Of a DNA stretch of 15,141 nucleotides, positions 8,920-15,141 are shown in pieces. The stretch comes from Fidelibacterota bacterium (lineage in GTDB: Bacteria > Fidelibacterota > Marinisomatia > Marinisomatales > TCS56). A program made the translations under genes and the position numbers. How positions within the stretch are numbered: position 1 is the first letter of the stretch; every line of letters begins with the position of its first letter. The notes beneath the pieces are model-generated. The model was given only the letters and a program-made list of their open reading frames with translations, did not search any database and was not told the origin of the DNA. The stretch lies in assembly GCA_043822705.1 (NCBI GenBank), contig JBDRBK010000149.1, positions 1 to 15,141 of the forward strand, in the 5' to 3' direction.

Positions 8920-9017
8920 GGACAATACATGTGTTATCCCTACCCACAATTACTTTTATTGGCGCTCAACGGAATAATATATTATCAATGTAGCGACGAT
9001 ACATGTGTCGTCGCTAC
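8916..9017. repeat. Two 28-nt GTAG...CTAC REP palindromes (family A)
   Basis: GTAGGGACAATAC-AT-GTGTTATCCCTAC (8916-8943) and GTAGCGACGATAC-AT-GTGTCGTCGCTAC (8990-9017). Confidence 0.85.
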
Positions 9018-9079
9018 CGCAGATATTTAGGAATGGTATCTGTGGGCGGTTCGGCCCACAAAAATTTTACTTTTTGGAT

Positions 9080-9109
9080 AAAAAAAACCGCCGAATAACC
9101 GGCGGTTTT
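9080..9109 (-). terminator. Rho-independent terminator, strongest on the minus strand and possibly bidirectional
   Basis: A8 (9080-9087), CCGCCG, 6-nt loop, CGGCGG, then a T run. On the minus strand this is a GC hairpin followed by U8. Confidence 0.85.
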
Positions 9110-9160
9110 CCAACGATTGATTGATCCAAATGGAATCAGACACCTAATCGCTTGACGGTG
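9080..9160 (-). ncRNA. Candidate ~80-nt small RNA complementary to the adjacent tRNA-like gene
   Basis: Bounded by a predicted promoter (9193-9165) and the terminator, with no ORF. Its 5' part, CGUCAAGCGAUUA...UCCAUUUG, is complementary to the tRNA anticodon arm and D-loop. Transcription is inferred, not shown. Confidence 0.45.
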
Positions 9161-9164
9161 GTAA

Positions 9165-9193
9165 AACTTACCTGCTATGGAGAATTAATGCAA
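9165..9193 (-). promoter_or_regulatory. Putative sigma70 promoter for the candidate sRNA
   Basis: Minus strand TTGCAT (9193-9188), 17-nt spacer, TAAGTT (9170-9165). The predicted start near 9159 is just before the complementary block. Confidence 0.45.
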
Positions 9194-9208
9194 GTAAAAT
9201 AACCTTAG

Positions 9209-9282
9209 TGCCCAGGACCAGATTTGAACTGGCATCTAATCGTACGTCAAGCGATTATGCTATCCATTTGCACCACCTGGGC
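9209..9282 (-). tRNA. Atypical tRNA or tRNA-like RNA, anticodon GAC (nominally Val), CCA not encoded
   Basis: Folded by hand: GCCCAGG-UG-GUGC-AAAUGGAUA-GCAU-A-AUCGC-UUGACGU-ACGAU-UAGAU-GCCAG-UUCAAAU-CUGGU-CCUGGGC-A. It retains U8, A14, G18G19, A21, U33, the A15-U48 pair and the T-loop consensus. There is a C31-A39 mismatch, and CUA follows in place of CCA. Confidence 0.8.
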
Positions 9283-9372
9283 ACTATATTCTTCGGTATT
9301 TCCGTTAAAGTTCCATAAACAGTGTTGAAATATCAAGATGTAAATTTATGTATCTTGTTATAGATTCGGCCC

Positions 9373-10965
9373 ATGCAGGATAGCTATGATTATATTATAA
9401 TTGGTTCCGGTTTCGGTGGCGCGGTGGCGGCCCTGCGGCTGGCGGAGAAAGGTTACCGGGTGGCGGTGCTCGAACAGGGGCGGCGCTACCGTCCCCAGGA
9501 TTTTCCAAAACGTAACTGGAATCTGCGTAAATTTCTGTGGCTGCCGAAAATCGGGCTCTACGGCATCCAGGCCCTGACCCTGCTGAAGGATGTGTTCATC
9601 CTCCACGGCGCCGGTGTGGGCGGCGGCAGCTTGGTCTACGCCAACCAGCTTTTAATCCCCCCCGATGACGTCCTGGACGATCCATCCTGGGGACAACCGG
9701 ACTGGCGCGTTACTATTCTACCCTATTATGACAAAGCCCGACGGATGCTGGGAGCCACCCCGGCCCAGGAAATCACCGTGGCCGATGAGCTCTTGAAGGA
9801 ATGCGCCGCCGATATCGGCCGGGGCGACACCTTTCACGTCAACGAAGTCGGTATCTATTACGGTGAACCGGACCTGACCGTTCCCGACCCCTATTTCGAC
9901 GGCGAAGGTCCCGAGCGCACCGGCTGCATCGCCTGCGGTGCCTGCATGACCGGCTGCCGCCACGGCTCCAAAAACACGCTGGACCTTAATTACCTCTACC
10001 TGGCGGAACAATTAGGCGTGACGATCATCCCGGAAACCAGAGTCAGCGACGTCCGTCCGGGCGGTAACGGCTATATCATTACGACCAGAAATTCCGTGGG
10101 ACTGATACCCCGCCGGCGGCGATTCCAGGTCGGTGGTGTGATTTTTTCCGGTGGCGTGATGGGTACGGTGAAACTACTGCACCAGTGCAAAACCAGGGGA
10201 TCGTTGGCCTCAATATCTGCTCAGTTGGGAAATATCACCCGTACCAACAGCGAAGCGCTGCTGGGGGTGATCGCCCGCAAGAAGGACGTGGATTATTCCG
10301 CTGGGATCGCCATCACATCCGGCGTCCACCCCGACGACAACACCCAGATCGAAACCGTTCGCTACGGCAAAGGCCACGACGCCATGGCCCTGCTGACCAC
10401 CCTGCTGGTCGGGGGCGGCAAACCTTGGCCGCGGCCGTTGCGCTTCCTGGGGAATATTGTGCGGCACCCGCTGACCTTCCTGCGTTTCCTGGTTCCCTTC
10501 GGCTGGGCCCGACGGGCCACGATTCTGCTGGTGATGCAAAAGATCGACAATTACCTGCGGCTGGAATATAAGCGGCGCTGGTGGCGCCTGGGCGGTCGTT
10601 CCATGAACTCCAATTGGCACACGGCCAAGAAGGTGCCGTCGTATATTCCCGTGGCCAACGAATTCGCCCAACGAATGGGCCAAAAAATCAATGGCCGGCC
10701 CTCCAGTTGCCTGCCGGAAGTATTATTCAATACATCTACTACCGCCCATATTTTAGGCGGGTGCGTAATGGCCGATTCACCGGCGGAGGGCGTGATTAAC
10801 CATAATGGTAAAATTCATGGCTACGATAATTTGTACGTAATCGACGGCTCGGTGATCCCCGCCAACCTGGGTGTTAATCCCAGTCTGACGATCACTGCCG
10901 TGGCGGAATATTTGATGGATAAATTTCCGGAAAAAGATGGTCATGGCACGGCAAGTTCACCATGA
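9373..10965 (+). CDS. GMC-family FAD oxidoreductase, cholesterol oxidase (ChoD)-like
   Basis: 530 aa with IIIGSGFGG FAD-binding motif, GAGVGGGSLVYAN, CIACGACMTGC...KNTLDLNYL, TAHILGGC and NLGVNPSLTI. The substrate is not established. Confidence 0.9.
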   Translation: MQDSYDYIIIGSGFGGAVAALRLAEKGYRVAVLEQGRRYRPQDFPKRNWNLRKFLWLPKIGLYGIQALTLLKDVFILHGAGVGGGSLVYANQLLIPPDDVLDDPSWGQPDWRVTILPYYDKARRMLGATPAQEITVADELLKECAADIGRGDTFHVNEVGIYYGEPDLTVPDPYFDGEGPERTGCIACGACMTGCRHGSKNTLDLNYLYLAEQLGVTIIPETRVSDVRPGGNGYIITTRNSVGLIPRRRRFQVGGVIFSGGVMGTVKLLHQCKTRGSLASISAQLGNITRTNSEALLGVIARKKDVDYSAGIAITSGVHPDDNTQIETVRYGKGHDAMALLTTLLVGGGKPWPRPLRFLGNIVRHPLTFLRFLVPFGWARRATILLVMQKIDNYLRLEYKRRWWRLGGRSMNSNWHTAKKVPSYIPVANEFAQRMGQKINGRPSSCLPEVLFNTSTTAHILGGCVMADSPAEGVINHNGKIHGYDNLYVIDGSVIPANLGVNPSLTITAVAEYLMDKFPEKDGHGTASSP

Positions 10966-10974
10966 CAACCAATT

Positions 10975-11069
10975 TGTCACCCTGAGCCTGTCCCGGCCCG
11001 CCGAAACAGCGTGCAGGCGGGGAAGGGTGCTTGGTATTCACTTCATGCTTCGACAAGCTCAGCATAACA
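10975..11069. repeat. Inverted pair of TGTCA(CCC/TGC)TGAGCYTGTCGAAG-type repeats; the first carries a 29-nt insert
   Basis: 10975-11029 reads TGTCACCCTGAGCCTGTC[insert 10993-11021]GAAGGGTG. 11043-11069 reads TGTTATGCTGAGCTTGTCGAAGCATGA on the minus strand. Confidence 0.85.
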
Positions 11070-11082
11070 TAATTATTAGCTA

Positions 11083-12645
11083 ATGACCAATTACACCGAC
11101 TGCTACAACCCCGCCACCGGCGAAAAGATCGGGCAGGTGCCGCTGACCAGCCCGGAAGAGCTGCAACAGATTTTCACCGAAGCCCGCGCCGTCCAGAAGG
11201 ACTGGGCCGCCCTGCCGGTCAGGGAACGCGCCAAATACATTTTCAAAGTACGCGATTACCTGGTTGACTACGCCGATGAAATTGCTACTCTAATTTCACA
11301 GGATAACGGCAAAGTCAAACTTGACGCCTTGGTGGGTGAAGTCTTCGCCGCCGCCTTGGCGGCTAATTATTATGCCAAAAATGCCCAGCGTTTTTTAAAG
11401 GACGAAAAATTGAAAGCCGGCAGCCTGCTGCTGTTCTATAAACGCAGCCGGATTGTTCACGTGCCTTACGGCGTTGTGGGGATCATTTCACCGTGGAATT
11501 ATCCCTTTGGGATTCCGATCCATGAAATCGTGTTCGGTCTGCTGGCCGGTAATGCCATCGTGCTGAAAACCGCCAGCGAAACCCTGCTGGTCGGGCAGAA
11601 ACTGGCTGAAATCTTTTACCAGTCCGGTTTGCCGCAAGGGATTTTCAACTTTGTCAATATTCCCGGCCGCGAAGTGGGTAGCGCTTTCCTGGATAATGGT
11701 ATCAATAAAATATTCTTCACCGGATCGGAAGCGGTGGGTAAAATCCTCAGCCGCCAGGCTGCCGATACGCTGACGCCCCTCAGCCTGGAACTGGGCGGCA
11801 ACGATCCGATGCTGGTCTGCCCGGATGCCGATATCCACCGAGCCGCCGGCGGTGCGATCTGGGCCGGGTTCACCAATTCCGGCCAGAACTGCGGCGCCGT
11901 AGAACGAATTTATGTGCATGAAGAGGTGTACCAGCAATTCTGCGAGCTGATGAAAGATAAAGTGGCCCGATTCAGGATCGGCAGCGGCGCCGACTACGCT
12001 AATGACATGGGGGTGATGACGACAACCGGCCAGATTCGGATCGTTCAGGAACACCTGGAAGACGCCCTGGCCAAAGGCGCCCGAATTCTGGTGCGGACGG
12101 AACAGGTGGACACCGGCCTGAAAAATGTCCTGCCGGCAGTGGTGCTGGTGGACGTGAACCACGAGATGCGCGTCATGCGGGAGGAGACTTTCGGACCGGT
12201 GCTGGCGATCATGAAGGTGGCGGACATGGACGAAGCGGTGCGCCTGGCCAATGACAGCGACCTGGGTCTAACAGGCTCGGTGTGGTCGGAAAACCGCGCC
12301 ACCGCCGAAACGCTGGCCCGTCGCCTGGAGGTGGGGGCGGTATTGATCAACGATCACCTGATGAGCCACGGACTGGCGGAAACACCCTGGGGCGGCTTCA
12401 AGAGGTCCGGCAATGGCGGCCGCACCCACGGTCGCTGGGGCTTCGAAGAAATGACCCAGCCACAGGTTATTGTCCAGGATTATTTCCCCTTTGCCCGCCA
12501 GTCGATGTGGTGGCACCCCTACACCAAAGGTGTCTACCGGGCTTTCTTACATCTGCCGAAATTGCTGTTTGGTAATTCAATCAAAAAACGGTTCCAGGGC
12601 TTGTGGGCCTTGATCCGCGTATTGCCGCGGTATTATAAAACATGA
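11083..12645 (+). CDS. NAD(P)-dependent aldehyde dehydrogenase
   Basis: 520 aa with IISPWNYPF, FTGS, catalytic LELGG, NSGQNC, EETFGPV and PWGGFKRSG. The C-terminal extension is basic and amphipathic. Confidence 0.95.
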   Translation: MTNYTDCYNPATGEKIGQVPLTSPEELQQIFTEARAVQKDWAALPVRERAKYIFKVRDYLVDYADEIATLISQDNGKVKLDALVGEVFAAALAANYYAKNAQRFLKDEKLKAGSLLLFYKRSRIVHVPYGVVGIISPWNYPFGIPIHEIVFGLLAGNAIVLKTASETLLVGQKLAEIFYQSGLPQGIFNFVNIPGREVGSAFLDNGINKIFFTGSEAVGKILSRQAADTLTPLSLELGGNDPMLVCPDADIHRAAGGAIWAGFTNSGQNCGAVERIYVHEEVYQQFCELMKDKVARFRIGSGADYANDMGVMTTTGQIRIVQEHLEDALAKGARILVRTEQVDTGLKNVLPAVVLVDVNHEMRVMREETFGPVLAIMKVADMDEAVRLANDSDLGLTGSVWSENRATAETLARRLEVGAVLINDHLMSHGLAETPWGGFKRSGNGGRTHGRWGFEEMTQPQVIVQDYFPFARQSMWWHPYTKGVYRAFLHLPKLLFGNSIKKRFQGLWALIRVLPRYYKT

Positions 12646-12679
12646 ATTAATCCGCCAATCCGTGGGCGTTGTATCAATA

Positions 12680-12780
12680 TAGGGTGGTTTCACAAAACCA
12701 CCCTAATACGATTCATCAATGATCATATTTATACGTAGGGTTGCTTCGCGAAGCAACCCTACTTCGCAAAACCACCCTAC
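12680..12780. repeat. GTAGGGT...ACCCTAC REP cluster (family B) next to the RAYT gene
   Basis: TAGGGTGGTTT-CACA-AAACCACCCTA (12680-12705). Perfect 28-nt palindrome GTAGGGTTGCTTCGCGAAGCAACCCTAC (12735-12762). Partial copy TTCGCAAAACCACCCTAC (12763-12780). Confidence 0.9.
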
Positions 12781-12813
12781 AATAAATGGGGAAATTCAAT
12801 TATTACACAAAAA

Positions 12814-13302
12814 TCATTTTCCCCAATTGCGGGGGTTATTTTTGATATACCATCGAATACGGTCCAAATCGTTTTCATCACGAACAATATGATCATAAAA
12901 ATCACGTTGCCAAATCCGGTGACCTGGGGTGTTTTCCGCCATGTTCATTCTTTTAGTGGAAACGGTTTTAAAGGCTCCGATCAATCTTCCCAGGGGCTTA
13001 ATTTTTCCTGTGCGTTGTTCTGATTTATAAACAACGATTCCGTGTAAATGATCAGGCATTACAATCCACTCATCCAAGTCAATTTACGAATACTGCCGTG
13101 CCAGCCATAGCCAGGTCCGGCGTACAATTTCACCTACCTGATTGCATTTCATCTGCTGTTGTTCAACTTCGCCAAAAAGATGAATTTGGTTCTGGACATT
13201 GATCGTCACAAAATAATAACCGGGACCGGTATAATCACATTCTGGCAGTCGTAGCGAATGACGATTATGGATTTTGGGATCGTACCCGACCTTTTCCTTC
13301 AT
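12814..13302 (-). pseudogene. REP-associated tyrosine transposase (RAYT, Y1 HUH family) with an in-frame premature stop
   Basis: The 72-aa and 87-aa ORFs are in one frame: ...WLARQYS*IDLDEWIVMPDHLHGIV... with TAA at 13086-13084. Motifs RHSLRL...DY...GYYFVTI, HUH (HLH), WQRDFYDHIVR and YIKNNP. Confidence 0.88.
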
Positions 13303-14522
13303 AACAGCAAATCAATTCCATTAACCAATTTGGCCTTGTTGAATAGCGGGTTTATCATATCAAAACGTACTTTTTCACAACCGTTGAATTTTGCCAGCGC
13401 CGATAATTTCTCGGTCATTGCATCCTCGATTGCATCTAATTCCTCAAAACCCAGCTCGAACTGCAGGGATTGAATTAACAATTCCTTTTTCTTCCGATCC
13501 GCCTTGGGATCAAGGCGACCAACCAGCCGGTCGCCCCACAGGATCGGCAACACGAAATAACCCCACTGCCGCTTGTCCGCCGGCACGTAACATTCCAACG
13601 TGTAGTCAAAATCGAACAGCCGTTTGGTGCGTTGACGCTGAATGATCAGGTTGTCGAATGGTGACAAGAAATGGATTTTGGGATTGGTGAGCGGTTGATC
13701 GAGCATTTCCAGATACGCGGTCAAGATCCAATTATCGCCGGCAGATCCTTCGATGGTTACTTCGGTCAATTCGCCGGCCGCCGCCAGATCGCGGATTGCT
13801 ACTGTTACCGTGGTTTTATCGGCCAGCCGCAGATGATCGTAAATCTCCTTTTCGCCGGCGATCCCCAGGGACTGCAACGCCCGTCGGACATGGAAACGGC
13901 CCAGCTCGTCGTTGGCCGGGATGGTCGTGTCGACCCCTGAGGGAAGGACGCGCTCGGTCAGGTCGTAAATACGGTGGAATTTCTCACGCCGGGTGACCAT
14001 CAATTCGCCGCGCCACAATAACATCTCCAGCGCCACCTTCTCCGGTTTGCGCCCGCCCCACTGGTTTTTTTCGCCCTGGTCCGGCGTTTCAAAATCCTTA
14101 ACGCCCAGCGGTCCCTCCCGGCGAATCCGTTCCAGCACCGGTTTTATCAGATGTCCGAAATTCCGCAGCCGTTCCTTCTCCCATTTATCATGGGGATCGG
14201 TGAAGCGCTGCATCTGCGGCCGGTGAAAACGGTAATCGCCTATGGGGATATAGGCCGCGGCATGCGCCCAGTATTCGAAAACGCGCCGGTCAACGGCCAA
14301 CAGCTCATCCAGAAATTCCGGCTGGTAATCAGGCAGGCGGGTCCACACGGTATGGTGATGTGCCCGTTCGATCACATGGATCGTATCAATCTGCACGTAA
14401 CCCAGTTTTTCGATCGCCTGGGCGGCACCTTCCTTGCCCGGCGGCGAGGCAGGTTCGCTCAGTTGCTGCAGTCGCACCGCCAGACGACGGGCCTGTGCCA
14501 GGGTGATGGATTGCGGTCTCAT
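13299..14522 (-). CDS. ycaQ: YcaQ/AlkZ-family winged-helix DNA glycosylase (crosslink repair)
   Basis: 407 aa with LGYVQIDTIHVIERAHH (QxD motif), FEYWAHAA, LSPFDNL and YTLECYVPADKRQWGYFVLPIL...GRLDPKADR. Confidence 0.88.
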   Translation of the reverse strand: MRPQSITLAQARRLAVRLQQLSEPASPPGKEGAAQAIEKLGYVQIDTIHVIERAHHHTVWTRLPDYQPEFLDELLAVDRRVFEYWAHAAAYIPIGDYRFHRPQMQRFTDPHDKWEKERLRNFGHLIKPVLERIRREGPLGVKDFETPDQGEKNQWGGRKPEKVALEMLLWRGELMVTRREKFHRIYDLTERVLPSGVDTTIPANDELGRFHVRRALQSLGIAGEKEIYDHLRLADKTTVTVAIRDLAAAGELTEVTIEGSAGDNWILTAYLEMLDQPLTNPKIHFLSPFDNLIIQRQRTKRLFDFDYTLECYVPADKRQWGYFVLPILWGDRLVGRLDPKADRKKKELLIQSLQFELGFEELDAIEDAMTEKLSALAKFNGCEKVRFDMINPLFNKAKLVNGIDLLL

Positions 14523-14567
14523 ACCGGTTATTTATTTTCGTTGGTTAATATTACCTGATCGGAAAAA

Positions 14568-15083
14568 TCACCGGTCCTGACGAACACGGATGATTTTGCT
14601 GATGTCAAATCCCAGGGCGTTTGCCTTGTTCAGCAGTTCGCTGATTATGGTTTCATCCAGTTGGGCGCTGCGGCTGAGAATCCACAGGTAATCGAATGAA
14701 CTGCTGACCACCAGGGCGTAGCGGTAATCAGGGTCAAGCTCAACGATGATGTAATCGCCATAGAAGGGTCTGAAAAAGGAGACCCGCAGGTAGCCCACAT
14801 CGGAGGCGGCGGCGAATTTGGCCCAGCCCTTGGCGATCGAATGCTTGCCGTCGGGAGCGTCCTTGTAACCCTGATTGATCACCCGCACCCTTCCGGGGGC
14901 CGATAATTCATAGGTGGCGGTGACATTGGTCAGTCCCCGCTCGAAGCGGTGGTCAAACCGGACGATTTCGTACCACTTTCCCAGGTAACGTTCCAGGTCA
15001 AAACCGGAAACCGGTCTGAACTGCGGCGTCCCGCCCCACAATCCGGCCAGGGCGATAAATATGAACAGCGTTATTTTGGTCAT
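14568..15083 (-). CDS. blc: Bacterial lipocalin (Blc-like)
   Basis: 171 aa with FDLERYLGKWYEI, VSFFRPFYGDY and YLWILSR. An AGGAGG Shine-Dalgarno lies at 15098-15093. Confidence 0.9.
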   Translation of the reverse strand: MTKITLFIFIALAGLWGGTPQFRPVSGFDLERYLGKWYEIVRFDHRFERGLTNVTATYELSAPGRVRVINQGYKDAPDGKHSIAKGWAKFAAASDVGYLRVSFFRPFYGDYIIVELDPDYRYALVVSSSFDYLWILSRSAQLDETIISELLNKANALGFDISKIIRVRQDR

Positions 15084-15097
15084 TTACGTATTCCTCC

Positions 15098-15141
15098 TTA
15101 AAATTTTTCCAGCGCTGATCGCGCTGACTCATACCCGATCG
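15098..15141 (-). CDS. C-terminal end of an upstream gene, truncated by the window edge
   Basis: Frame ...IGYESARSALEKF* ends with TAA at 15100-15098, abutting the lipocalin RBS. It is weakly reminiscent of patatin-like C-termini but too short to call. Confidence 0.4.
   Translation of the reverse strand, partial: IGYESARSALEKF

Noticed and set aside
8916..9017. 28-nt palindromic repeats 46 nt apart (also 12680-12780) as a possible mini-CRISPR array
   Set aside because: Only two or three diverged copies, fully palindromic with GTAG/CTAC ends, related to dispersed copies and near a RAYT. There are no cas genes in the window.
9041..9060. Hairpin TGTGGGC-GGTTCG-GCCCACA as a terminator
   Set aside because: No U-tract follows the stem directly on either strand, and it is a single copy in the window.
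9127..9157. tRNA-matching segment as an att-site remnant of an integrated element
   Set aside because: att duplications are direct repeats, usually of the tRNA 3' part, at the far end of an element. This copy is inverted, about 50 nt away, split into two blocks, and no integrase is present.
9080..9286. tmRNA, tRNA-Sec or T-box riboswitch interpretation
   Set aside because: There is no G3-U70 pair or tag reading frame, no UCA anticodon or long variable arm, and no recognisable T-box antiterminator bulge or downstream regulated gene.
12787..12825. 8-bp inverted repeat TGGGGAAA/TTTCCCCA spanning the RAYT stop
   Set aside because: Short arms, a long loop and low-complexity sequence make it indistinguishable from chance.
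13084..13086. Programmed readthrough or genetic-code reassignment at the RAYT internal stop
   Set aside because: TAA ends several other genes in the window, such as the cupin, amidase and beta-barrel genes. A nonsense mutation or base-call error is simpler.

Overview
Bacterial chromosomal window with GC-rich genes and AT-rich intergenic spacers. It carries about 14 intact genes: yjbQ, a cupin, a lipoprotein Amidase_2, a small membrane protein, a TetR-MMPL/RND-LolA-like-beta-barrel operon, a radical SAM enzyme, a cholesterol-oxidase-like GMC oxidoreductase, an aldehyde dehydrogenase, a YcaQ/AlkZ-family glycosylase and a lipocalin. Two further genes are truncated at the window edges. A REP-associated tyrosine transposase (RAYT) is broken by one in-frame TAA, and the spacers hold several families of REP-like hairpins, including a mini-element inserted twice at the same position inside another repeat. 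The most unusual locus is 9080-9286 on the minus strand. There an atypical tRNA-like cloverleaf (GAC anticodon) is followed by a candidate ~80-nt RNA, with its own predicted promoter and terminator, that is complementary to the tRNA's anticodon arm (13 bp) and D-loop (8 bp). This is a candidate tRNA/anti-tRNA module. All product calls come from motif recognition by eye; no database searches were run.
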